Part shown: in pieces, positions 1-7,512 of the stretch | Layout of the letters: every line of letters begins with the position of its first letter | How positions within the stretch are numbered: position 1 is the stretch's first letter | DNA from: a bacterium | Lineage (GTDB): Bacteria > Patescibacteriota > Minisyncoccia > Phycocordibacterales > Phycocordibacteraceae | NCBI GenBank assembly: GCA_021789225.1 | Contig: JAJYJQ010000002.1 | Span: forward strand, 1 to 50,307 | DNA: 50,307 bases | Direction of reading: 5' to 3' | Position numbers and translations under genes: made by a program | The notes under the pieces: model-generated | Database searches by the model: none | Seen by the model: only the letters and a program-made list of their open reading frames with translations | Told to the model about the DNA's origin: nothing

Positions 1-141
1 ATCTATTTCTCTGATGAAATAACGCCGCCCGAGCTGTATCGCATCGTGACGCGTGACCTGGGCGACCTTGAGCAGTTTGCGCGTGCGGCAATCGAAGCGG
101 TCCAATCGCCGGAACGGTTTGGGCTCACGGCAGAGGAATAG
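1..141 (+). CDS. 3' end of unidentified upstream gene (partial)
   Basis: Frame 1 is open from the window edge to TAG at 139-141 (...ELYRIVTRDLGDLEQFARAAIEAVQSPERFGLTAEE*). No recognisable motif. Confidence 0.35.
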   Translation: MYFSDEITPPELYRIVTRDLGDLEQFARAAIEAVQSPERFGLTAEE

Positions 142-152
142 ACGGTAAGGCC

Positions 153-815
153 ATGAATCAGAATACTCAGCTCGCGGTCATCTTCGACATGGATGGGGTC
201 CTCATCGACTCGACCAAATACATTTGGGAGTCGTTCAACCAAATGGTGCAGCCGTTCGGTGTGCATTTTGATGTGGCGGCAATAAAAAAATATCTCGGCA
301 CGTCGCTTCGCGACGCGATTGCTTTATGGAAAGAAGACTACGGTATTGATGTGGGCGAACCGAGCGAGTTTTCGCCGAAATCGCACAGTATTGCGATGAA
401 GTTGATGGAAGAAAATGCGGCGCCGAATCCGGGAGTACTCCAGCTATTGCAAGATCTAAGGAAGAATGAGGTGCCACTAGGCATCGGCACCTCCTCATAT
501 GCCTGGCGCGCGGAAGAATTGCTCTCAATGGTCGGCATTCGCGACTATTTCGACGTGCTCGTGACGGCCGACGATGTTTCCGAGCACAAGCCAAATCCGC
601 ATGTGTTTCTCGAAGCTGCGCGCCAGCTCGGCGTTGCACCGGCGCATTGCGTGGTTATTGAAGATGCAGCGTCTGGCATCCAAGCCGCACAAAATGCCAG
701 CATGAAATCAATCGGCTATCTGACAGAATGGAATGACGCCAACGAGCTCCGCGCCGCCGACCGCACCATCCGCTCATTTGACGAGCTTTCGTATGACGTC
801 CTTGCACGGATATAG
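153..815 (+). CDS. HAD-superfamily hydrolase, subfamily IA (beta-phosphoglucomutase/phosphatase-like)
   Basis: HAD motifs occur in order: DMDGVLIDS (I), GIGTSS (II), HKPNPHVF (III), VIEDAASGIQAA (IV). Confidence 0.85.
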   Translation: MNQNTQLAVIFDMDGVLIDSTKYIWESFNQMVQPFGVHFDVAAIKKYLGTSLRDAIALWKEDYGIDVGEPSEFSPKSHSIAMKLMEENAAPNPGVLQLLQDLRKNEVPLGIGTSSYAWRAEELLSMVGIRDYFDVLVTADDVSEHKPNPHVFLEAARQLGVAPAHCVVIEDAASGIQAAQNASMKSIGYLTEWNDANELRAADRTIRSFDELSYDVLARI

Positions 816-887
816 ACATTCATACTAGCGTTACCATATAAATAGAGAAGAACTTGCTGCGCACGTAGAGCGGTATAGGATGCTCGT

Positions 888-2141
888 ATGGAACGGACGC
901 ATCCATCGCTAAAGAAATTACCGGACGTGCCGGGGGTGTACCTGTTTAAGAAAGGTAGGACGGTACTGTATGTGGGAAAGGCGACGTCGCTGCGCGATAG
1001 GGTTCGGAGCTATTTCGATGACGACCTTATCGCGACGCGGGGGCCGCGCATCGTGGACATGGTGACGAAAGCCGACCGAGTTGCATTTGAGACGATGCCG
1101 ACCGTGCTCGAAGCGCTCGTGCGCGAGGCGGCGCTCATCAAGAAATATCAGCCACGGGCGAACGTGGAAGGGAAGGACGACAAGACCTTTCTCTACGCCG
1201 TCATTACGAAAGAGGAGTGGCCGCGCGTGCTCACCGTGCGCGGGAAAGATCTTAACGAATCCCGCACAGCCTTTCTTCAAGGTTCGACCTTGAAGAAAGC
1301 AAGCGTGGAGGTGAGTTATGTGTTCGGGCCGTTTCCCTCTGGGCCGCAGCTGCGCGAAGCGCTCCGGCTCATACGCCGCATCTTTCCTTTTTTCGATACC
1401 CAGAAACCGGTTAGTGAGGGCGGGAAGCATCAGCGCGCCAAGATAGAATTCAACCGGCAGATCGGGCAGTATCCGCGCGAGATGGAAAAAGCCGCGTATC
1501 GGCACTCTATCCGCAACGTCGCACTTTTTCTCGATGGCCGTGCGAAAGAGCTCCGCAAGATGCTCGTGCGCGAGATGACGCGCGCTGCGCGCGAGGAGCG
1601 GTTTGAGGATGCAGCGGAAATAAAACGCGAACTGTTTGCGCTCGACCACGTGCAGGACGTGTCGCTCATCAAAGAGGAGCGCGAGGAGGCACTTGAGGGC
1701 TTCGCCGGCGCGCGCCTCGAAGCATACGACGTCGCCCACCTCGCCGGTACGAACGCCATCGGCGTGATGACGGTGGTAGAAGACGGCGCGCCGGATAAGC
1801 GCGCTTATCGCACGTTCCGTATCCGTGGCGCGGGCAACGACGATATCGCCTCTTTGCGCGAAGTGCTTTCGCGCCGCTTGCCACACACCGAGTGGCCGCT
1901 CCCTGCAGCATTTGTGGTGGACGGTGGCAAAACGCACAAAAAGGCAGCAGAGGCAGTGCTTGCCGAGGCGGGTGTTGCGATTCCCGTAGTGGCGGTGGTG
2001 AAAGATGAGAAGCACCGACCGCGCGAGGTCATTGGCGCGCGCCGCGCAGGTGTTTCCGAAGCCGACGCCGTCCTTGCCAACTCTGAAGCCCACCGCTTCG
2101 CCATCGCTCGCCACCGTGCTGCGCGTCGTTTGACCAAGTAA
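888..2141 (+). CDS. uvrC: Excinuclease ABC subunit C, short form lacking the C-terminal (HhH)2 domain
   Basis: GIY-YIG N-terminus (PGVYLFKK..VLYVGKATSLRDRVRSYF), UVR motif (RFEDAAEIKRELFALDHV) and UvrC endonuclease region (EAYDVAHLAGTNAIGVMTV). Only 417 aa. Confidence 0.8.
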   Translation: MERTHPSLKKLPDVPGVYLFKKGRTVLYVGKATSLRDRVRSYFDDDLIATRGPRIVDMVTKADRVAFETMPTVLEALVREAALIKKYQPRANVEGKDDKTFLYAVITKEEWPRVLTVRGKDLNESRTAFLQGSTLKKASVEVSYVFGPFPSGPQLREALRLIRRIFPFFDTQKPVSEGGKHQRAKIEFNRQIGQYPREMEKAAYRHSIRNVALFLDGRAKELRKMLVREMTRAAREERFEDAAEIKRELFALDHVQDVSLIKEEREEALEGFAGARLEAYDVAHLAGTNAIGVMTVVEDGAPDKRAYRTFRIRGAGNDDIASLREVLSRRLPHTEWPLPAAFVVDGGKTHKKAAEAVLAEAGVAIPVVAVVKDEKHRPREVIGARRAGVSEADAVLANSEAHRFAIARHRAARRLTK

Positions 2142-2482
2142 TGAAGACATGGTATTTAGTAGCAGGCTCGCAATTCGGCCATGCCGATTGCTCATTCAAA
2201 CCAATCGCAGGGGAGGTGCACATGATCAGCAGTATGTATCTGTGGATGTTTCTGGCGCTGACTCCTGTGAAGGTTGTCAGCACCTCGCAGACTGCGGATG
2301 TCGGAACCGAGGTCGCGCTACTCAATTTGAGGCAGCACATCTTGGATAGGGCCGACAAAATTTGTCGGGATTACCTGGATGCCCAAATAGAAGGATTTCC
2401 AGAGTTCCCCGAATGGAAGAAAGGGGCGCTCGTCAGGGCCTGCAAGCAGTATCTGCTGGTCGGGAGGAGGTCTCGTTTTTAA
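2141..2482 (+). CDS. hypothetical protein (weak call)
   Basis: 113-aa ORF whose ATG overlaps the uvrC stop by 1 nt and which is followed by a hairpin terminator. No motif recognised. The internal Met MISSMYLWMFLALTPV looks signal-like. Confidence 0.25.
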   Translation: MKTWYLVAGSQFGHADCSFKPIAGEVHMISSMYLWMFLALTPVKVVSTSQTADVGTEVALLNLRQHILDRADKICRDYLDAQIEGFPEFPEWKKGALVRACKQYLLVGRRSRF

Positions 2483-2504
2483 TCCCGATCCCATTCATAC
2501 CGAA

Positions 2505-2538
2505 GCGCCGACGGGCCATCCTGCCGGCGCTTTTGTGT
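2505..2538 (+). terminator. Rho-independent terminator candidate
   Basis: GCGCCG...CGGCGC stem followed by TTTTGTGTTT. Confidence 0.55.
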
Positions 2539-2553
2539 TTGTCAGGCGCAAAC

Positions 2554-2582
2554 TTGACAGACCGCAAAGTTCGTGATAGATA
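2554..2582 (+). promoter_or_regulatory. sigma70-like promoter candidate
   Basis: TTGACA (2554-2559), 17-nt spacer, TAGATA (2577-2582), about 50 nt upstream of the 2634 ATG. Confidence 0.45.
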
Positions 2583-2633
2583 GTAACCAGACTATGGTCC
2601 GGCCACGCTGGTCGGTTCTTCAATCAAACAGAG

Positions 2634-3152
2634 GTGAAGAATATGAAAAAAGCTCTTTTCACGATTGTGTTGCTTGCGATCCTATTTCCCATCCCAGCTT
2701 TGGCAGACGGCCCGCACCTCTACTTCGGTAAAGGAGGTGTCATGGTGGTCGGCCCGAACGGAGATCCGCCTACAGAGCAAGAGCTCAATGCGGCGGAATA
2801 CCTCATCGGCCAATGTCGTAAATTCGCTTATGAACAGAAGGTGCCGCGCATTGACGAAGGGCGATATTCCTATGTAGTCGACCAGTGTCTCGGAATGATG
2901 CAGGGCTTAGGCTTCGACGGTGCCCAAAAATCCGATACCCATTTGGAGCCCTGGCATGAAACGTATGAGCAAGCCGTAGGAATTTGCTCTGAATATGCCG
3001 AGCAACGAGGCCAGCTTGCGGCAGTGTCTGCAGCAGAGATGGTGGCCATTTCTGACATGTCGAAATCTAAAGCCCGAGCGTTCGTTACCTACCAGCGTCT
3101 GATCATGACCGCAATCGCGCACTCTCAATGTATGGCAACAGAGGAGAAATAA
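2634..3152 (+). CDS. secreted hypothetical protein
   Basis: N-terminal signal peptide MKNMKKALFTIVLLAILFPIPALADG. GAGG-type RBS upstream. Cysteine-containing mature part. No family recognised. Confidence 0.6.
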   Translation: MKNMKKALFTIVLLAILFPIPALADGPHLYFGKGGVMVVGPNGDPPTEQELNAAEYLIGQCRKFAYEQKVPRIDEGRYSYVVDQCLGMMQGLGFDGAQKSDTHLEPWHETYEQAVGICSEYAEQRGQLAAVSAAEMVAISDMSKSKARAFVTYQRLIMTAIAHSQCMATEEK

Positions 3153-3174
3153 GACCGTAACAACACTTGAAATG

Positions 3175-3212
3175 GCCGGCAGTGTACCCTGAGTATGCTG
3201 CCGGCTTTTGTA
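3175..3212 (+). terminator. Rho-independent terminator
   Basis: GCCGGCAG...CTGCCGGC stem followed by TTTTGTATTTG. Confidence 0.7.
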
Positions 3213-3241
3213 TTTGTACGTAGCGCGTTTATACTTTCCAC

Positions 3242-4207
3242 ATGCAAACCATCGTGGGGGTGTTGCGAGGCGGGCCGAGCAGGGAGTATGAGGTCTCGCT
3301 CAAGACGGGGGCGGCGATGCTCGGCGCGCTTTCGAAAGAGCGTTTCGACGCGCGCGACATTTTCATAGACAAAGCGGGCGTGTGGCACCTGGCTGGGCGT
3401 GCAGTCGAGCCCGAGCGCGTGCTCCGGCAGCTCGATGCGGTGCTCATCGGACTGCATGGCGAATACGGTGAAGACGGGGAGGTGCAGAAAGTGCTCGAGC
3501 GCCATGGCGTGCCCTATGTCGGCGCGGATTCATTCTCCTCGTATGTTGCGATGCACAAGGCGCTCGCCAAGGCGCGGGCGCGTGAGGCGGGCTTGAAGAC
3601 GGCGCGCGACATGCTCGTCGAGCCGGCCAACGAGATACCGGTCATTGCCGCAGAGATCGTGCGCACGCTCGCGCAGCCGGTCGTGGTGAAGCCGGTGCGG
3701 TGGGGCTCTTCGGTGGGGATTTCCGTGGTGGCGGGGTATGCGCCGCTCGTGCGTGCGCTCGAGGCGCTGCGCGAGGCAGGTGCGGAGCAGATCATCGTGG
3801 AGGAATTTATCCGCGGTACGGAGGCGACGGTCGGCGTGGTCGAAGGCTTGCGCGGCGAGCCGCTTTATACGCCGCCGCCGGTCGAGATCGTCCCGCCCGA
3901 GAAGGCCGGCTTCTTCTCGTATGATGCGAAATATTCTGGCGCGTCCCAAGAGCTTTGCCCGGGCCGTTTCTCGAGGGCCGTCTCGGACGAGCTCATGCAT
4001 TCGGCGCGCACCATGCATCAGACACTCGGCCTGCGCCACTACTCGCGCAGCGATTTCATCGTTTCTCCGCGCGGCATCTACTACCTCGAAACCAACACTC
4101 TCCCCGGTCTCACGAGCGAATCGCTCCTGCCCAAGTCTCTCGCGGCTGTCGGCGTCGCCATGCCCGACTTCCTGGAACATCTGGTCAATTTGGCTCTGGC
4201 GCGGTAA
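3242..4207 (+). CDS. ddl: D-alanine--D-alanine ligase
   Basis: Typical Ddl N-terminus (VGVLRGGPSREYEVSLKTG), LHGEYGEDGEVQ, and an ATP-grasp C-terminal half (YYLETNTLPGLT). Confidence 0.9.
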   Translation: MQTIVGVLRGGPSREYEVSLKTGAAMLGALSKERFDARDIFIDKAGVWHLAGRAVEPERVLRQLDAVLIGLHGEYGEDGEVQKVLERHGVPYVGADSFSSYVAMHKALAKARAREAGLKTARDMLVEPANEIPVIAAEIVRTLAQPVVVKPVRWGSSVGISVVAGYAPLVRALEALREAGAEQIIVEEFIRGTEATVGVVEGLRGEPLYTPPPVEIVPPEKAGFFSYDAKYSGASQELCPGRFSRAVSDELMHSARTMHQTLGLRHYSRSDFIVSPRGIYYLETNTLPGLTSESLLPKSLAAVGVAMPDFLEHLVNLALAR

Positions 4208-4219
4208 GCTGTCCACGTT

Positions 4220-4240
4220 GGGCCGTTAGCTCAGTTGGTA
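4220..4240 (+). other. 5' fragment of tRNA-Cys (nt 1-21), orphaned
   Basis: GGGCCGTTAGCTCAGTTGGTA is identical to 4315-4335 of the intact tRNA-Cys gene. Confidence 0.9.
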
Positions 4241-4269
4241 TGCAAAGCATACTGCTTCGGCGCTCGGCG

Positions 4270-4417
4270 CAAATGAAAGTAGTTGTTCTTTAAATCACGT
4301 TTAGGACTCTTGGTGGGCCGTTAGCTCAGTTGGTAGAGCACCTCATTTGCAATGAGGGGGTCGCAGGTTCGAATCCTGTACGGTCCACCAAGCGCCTTAG
4401 GCAACTACTTTCATTTG
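4270..4417. repeat. perfect 16-bp inverted repeat bracketing the intact tRNA-Cys
   Basis: CAAATGAAAGTAGTTG (4270-4285) is the exact reverse complement of CAACTACTTTCATTTG (4402-4417). Confidence 0.95.
4315..4390 (+). tRNA. tRNA-Cys (anticodon GCA), CCA encoded
   Basis: Cloverleaf: acceptor GGGCCGT/ACGGTCC, D-arm GCTCAGTTGGTAGAGC, anticodon stem CCTCA/TGAGG with loop TTGCAAT, T-arm GCAGGTTCGAATCCTGT, terminal CCA. Confidence 0.9.
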
Positions 4418-4432
4418 GCCTCGCTTCTCGCA

Positions 4433-4488
4433 GTAGAGCACCTCATTTGCAATGAGGGGGTCGCAGGTTCGAATCCTGTACGGTCCAC
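4433..4488 (+). other. 3' fragment of tRNA-Cys (D-loop GTA through discriminator)
   Basis: 56 nt identical to 4333-4388 of the intact gene. Followed by TA instead of CA. Confidence 0.9.
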
Positions 4489-4492
4489 TAGT

Positions 4493-5098
4493 ATGAATGA
4501 GGTGTCGAAGCTGAAAGAGACAATCAACACCTACAAAGACTCTGCGGAGGCATTAGCACGAAAGTTCGACAGTATGGGGGTGCGGGAGGGTGATGTTCGG
4601 GAGGTGTTTGAGCTGCTACCTCAGAACCCGGACGTGCTTGAAATCGGTTGCGGAAACGGCAGAGATGCATCGGAGATCCTCAAGCACACAAGCAGTTATC
4701 TTGGCATTGACGTTTCTCCACAGCTGATCGCGCTTGCGCGAGAAAAGAATCCGCAAGGAACATTCGAGATCGCTGATGTCGAACAGTATGCGTTTCCACA
4801 CAACTTGGATGCTATTTTCGCATTTGCCTCCCTTATCCATTTGCCCAAAGAAAGTTTTCAGCGAGTACTTGATGCGTGTCGCGAAGCTTTGAAACCCGGA
4901 GGAGTTCTGCGCCTTTCGATGAAGCGTGCGGATATATACACCGAGACAACCAAGGAGGATGAGTTCGGTACGCGCACCTATTATCTTTACTCGGAAAAGG
5001 ATATCGAAGAGGCGGCAAAGGGGTACAGAATTCTTAAAAATGGTACACAGATCGTAGGGAAACAGGTTTGGTTAGAGGTGCTGCTTCAGAAAATATAG
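4493..5098 (+). CDS. class I SAM-dependent methyltransferase
   Basis: Motif I VLEIGCGNGRDA and post-I LGIDVS. The start is placed at ATG 4493 because the longer ORF (from 4352) reads through tRNA sequence. Confidence 0.75.
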   Translation: MNEVSKLKETINTYKDSAEALARKFDSMGVREGDVREVFELLPQNPDVLEIGCGNGRDASEILKHTSSYLGIDVSPQLIALAREKNPQGTFEIADVEQYAFPHNLDAIFAFASLIHLPKESFQRVLDACREALKPGGVLRLSMKRADIYTETTKEDEFGTRTYYLYSEKDIEEAAKGYRILKNGTQIVGKQVWLEVLLQKI

Positions 5099-5101
5099 AA
5101 C

Positions 5102-5518
5102 ATGAGAATCTTCCTCATTTGCAGCAAGGTGTTTTACGACAAGGTACCGGCAATACAGAAAGAGCTGGAGACGGCGGGGCACGAGGTTGTGCTACCGAAT
5201 TGTTTTGATGATCCGGGAACCGAAGCGCGTTACAAGGAGACGAGTGCTGTAGAACATGCAAAATGGAAAGGCGAGATGCTTCGGCACAGCACGGATGTCA
5301 TCGAGAATAGCGATGCGGTGCTCGTGTTGAATTTCGACAAGAACGGCATGAAGAATTACATCGGCGGGGCTACTTTTCTGGAAATGTACGACGCGTTTCG
5401 CCTTGGCAAGAAGATTTTCCTGTACCGCAATGTGCCGGAAGGCATGCTTGAGGATGAGATCCTCGGTTTCGAGCCCATCATTCTCAATGAGCGCCTGCAG
5501 CACCCCGATCTTCTGTAG
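5102..5518 (+). CDS. nucleoside 2-deoxyribosyltransferase-like fold protein
   Basis: 138 aa with a flavodoxin-like pattern: MRIFLICS..., DAVLVLNF, GGATFLEMYDAFRLGKKIFLY. This resembles the NDT/YtoQ-type family. Assigned from motif memory only. Confidence 0.4.
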   Translation: MRIFLICSKVFYDKVPAIQKELETAGHEVVLPNCFDDPGTEARYKETSAVEHAKWKGEMLRHSTDVIENSDAVLVLNFDKNGMKNYIGGATFLEMYDAFRLGKKIFLYRNVPEGMLEDEILGFEPIILNERLQHPDLL

Positions 5519-5541
5519 TACGATAGGGTTGCATTCTCACT

Positions 5542-5970
5542 ATGGCTGATGCATACGAAACATTCCACGTCGGCATCAATGTATTTGTGGTGCGAGATGG
5601 GATGGTGCTTTTGGGTAAGCGGAAGAACGCATATGGTGCGGGAACGTGGGGTTTGCCAGGTGGTCATCTTGAGGTGGGCGAGGCGATGCGCGACGCAGCT
5701 GCGCGAGAGCTTATGGAGGAAACGGGGCTGCGTGCAAAAAGCTTCGAATTCTCTAATGTCGTTAACGACGGGAACAGGAGCGATGGTCGGCACCGCCTGC
5801 AGATAGGTTTCATCGTCCATGGGGTGGAGGGCGAGCCTGTGGTGCGAGAGCCTGATAAATGCGAGGAGTGGAAGTGGTTCAGCATGAGTGCGTTGCCGCA
5901 AGAGCTTTTCCCGCCGCATATCGTGCAGATAGAAAATTTCCTGAGGGGAGCACCTTTTGCCGATGCGTAG
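5542..5970 (+). CDS. Nudix hydrolase
   Basis: Canonical Nudix box GGHLEVGEAMRDAAARELMEETGL. Confidence 0.85.
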   Translation: MADAYETFHVGINVFVVRDGMVLLGKRKNAYGAGTWGLPGGHLEVGEAMRDAAARELMEETGLRAKSFEFSNVVNDGNRSDGRHRLQIGFIVHGVEGEPVVREPDKCEEWKWFSMSALPQELFPPHIVQIENFLRGAPFADA

Positions 5971-5982
5971 CCTTGCGCGGGC

Positions 5983-6432
5983 GTGATACCATGGATGCAT
6001 ATGGAAGAAATCAAAGAACCGAAGAATGCGCATTTTGAGTGGACGCCGGACATGACGGTGGGGGAGGAGATGATCGACTCGCAGCACCAGCGGCTCCTGG
6101 CGCAGCTCAACAAAGTGATAGACGCCATGATTTATGGCGAAGCGTCGCAGGAGGTTGCATCTGCGGTTGCGTTCTTCGGACAGTATGCCGACGAGCATCT
6201 TGCATACGAGGAAGCCTACATGGATCGACGCGGGTATGCGGCTATCGAAGAGCATGAGAAGTGGCATCAAGAATTTCGTGATACGTACGCGGATTTCAAG
6301 CAGAAGCTCGAAGGGCACGTGACGCCTGACAACCTCCTCATTGAGATGGAGGTGTACCTCGGCAGCTGGTGGACGAACCACATCCTCCACGAGGACAAGA
6401 AATACTACGAGGCGCTCGGCCCGGCGATGTAG
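5983..6432 (+). CDS. hemerythrin-like metal-binding protein (bacteriohemerythrin)
   Basis: FEWTPDMTVGEEMIDSQHQRLL..., HLAYEEAYM, H..F and NHILHEDKKY give the His/Glu ligand pattern of the hemerythrin HHE domain. The start is uncertain (GTG 5983, ATG 5995 or ATG 6001). Confidence 0.75.
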   Translation: MIPWMHMEEIKEPKNAHFEWTPDMTVGEEMIDSQHQRLLAQLNKVIDAMIYGEASQEVASAVAFFGQYADEHLAYEEAYMDRRGYAAIEEHEKWHQEFRDTYADFKQKLEGHVTPDNLLIEMEVYLGSWWTNHILHEDKKYYEALGPAM

Positions 6433-6457
6433 GGGCCGAGCGGGTGCTTATAAAGAT

Positions 6458-7249
6458 ATGGAGGAATATCTTGCCTTTGCAAAATCGCTTGCAGAAGAAT
6501 CTGCTGAGATAGCTAGGAAATATTTCAGCTTTGAAATTGATAGCACCTGGAAAGAGGACGATACCCCCTTAACAAAAGCTGACACGGAAATAAATGATCT
6601 GGTTATAAGGCGAATAAGCGAAAGATATCCGGAACATAGCGTCTACGGGGAAGAAGGGAGTTCCAAAAAAGAAAATTCAAAATACATCTGGGTTTGTGAT
6701 CCGATAGATGGAACGATGGCTTTTTCCTGCGGGTTGCCGATATTTGTTTTCTCCATCGCGTTAGTTGATCTCTCAAATGGCCTGCCTATTTTAGGTTTGG
6801 TAAATGATCCAATAATGAGAAACATGTATTGGGCATATAAGGATGGTGGGGCGTACAGGAATGGCAAGAGGATATCAGTGCTGCACAATAACGATTTTAA
6901 AAACACCTATCTGAATACTGGCGCTTCGGGAAGAGCAGTTGGTTTTTCAAACTTGCCGTTGATCAAGACGTTGAGCGAAAAGAAATGTGCCGTGATGAAA
7001 TACCCTTCTTTTATTTACGGCGGCATTCAAGTTGCCAACGGGAAGTATGTCGGGGCTGTATTCTATGCGAAGCCTGGTCATGATGTGGCTGCTTTGAAAA
7101 TCATTACAGAAGAAGCCGGTGGCAAGGTCACCGACTTAAACGGAAATGAAAGGAGATACCATGAGGATGGCCTTGGCTGTATCGTTTCCAATGGAATTTT
7201 ACATAAAGAAATACTGGACATTGTGCAGAGCGGTAAATTAGCTGGCTAG
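6458..7249 (+). CDS. inositol monophosphatase family protein
   Basis: YGEEGS and WVCDPIDGT motifs. The start is placed at ATG 6458, because the longer ORF from 6341 overlaps the hemerythrin gene. Visibly AT-richer than its surroundings. Confidence 0.8.
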   Translation: MEEYLAFAKSLAEESAEIARKYFSFEIDSTWKEDDTPLTKADTEINDLVIRRISERYPEHSVYGEEGSSKKENSKYIWVCDPIDGTMAFSCGLPIFVFSIALVDLSNGLPILGLVNDPIMRNMYWAYKDGGAYRNGKRISVLHNNDFKNTYLNTGASGRAVGFSNLPLIKTLSEKKCAVMKYPSFIYGGIQVANGKYVGAVFYAKPGHDVAALKIITEEAGGKVTDLNGNERRYHEDGLGCIVSNGILHKEILDIVQSGKLAG

Positions 7250-7310
7250 GGTTTGAGGAGTGAGTTGGTGGAAAAAGCGGCTGAGTTCTGCTATGCTCAG
7301 CGCATCGCAC

Positions 7311-7384
7311 GGGCGATTAGCTCAGTTGGTTAGAGCGCACGCTTCACACGCGTGAGGTCACAGGTTCGAATCCTGTATCGCCCA
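7311..7384 (+). tRNA. tRNA-Val (anticodon CAC)
   Basis: Acceptor GGGCGAT/ATCGCCC, anticodon stem CACGC/GCGTG with loop TTCACAC, T-arm ACAGGTTCGAATCCTGT. Confidence 0.9.
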
Positions 7385-7385
7385 C

Positions 7386-7456
7386 CGGGCTGTGGTATAG
7401 TGGTATTACGTACGCTTCGGGTGCGTATAACCCGGGTTCGATTCCCGGCAGCCCGA
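7386..7456 (+). tRNA. tRNA-Pro (anticodon CGG)
   Basis: Acceptor CGGGCTG/CAGCCCG, anticodon stem TACGC/GCGTA with loop TTCGGGT, T-arm CCGGGTTCGATTCCCGG. Lies 1 nt after tRNA-Val. Confidence 0.85.
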
Positions 7457-7461
7457 CTCGA

Positions 7462-7505
7462 AACCCAAAACCCGCGACTGCTTACGCAGTCGCGGGTTTT
7501 GGGTT
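7462..7505. terminator. bidirectional terminator hairpin (perfect 20-bp stem)
   Basis: AACCCAAAACCCGCGACTGC-TTAC-GCAGTCGCGGGTTTTGGGTT lies between the + strand tRNAs and the converging minus-strand gene. Confidence 0.85.
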
Positions 7506-7512
7506 ATGCGCG

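Noticed and set aside
3-266. 87-aa minus-strand ORF at the window start
   Set aside because: It overlaps the 5' end of the HAD gene and the open + strand frame 1-141. It has no motif and no RBS.
918-2195. 425-aa minus-strand ORF antisense to uvrC
   Set aside because: It is Arg/His/Ala-rich and of low complexity with no motifs, and it lies fully antisense to a gene with clear UvrC motifs. This is the typical shadow ORF of GC-rich DNA.
4352-4492. N-terminal extension of the methyltransferase ORF (track start 4352)
   Set aside because: The extension is a translation of tRNA-Cys sequence (twice MRGSQVRILYGPP-like). The real start is ATG 4493, after the tRNA fragment.
5356-6390. 344-aa minus-strand ORF spanning the NDT-like, Nudix and hemerythrin genes
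   Set aside because: It is antisense to three + strand genes that each carry recognisable motifs. It has no motif of its own.
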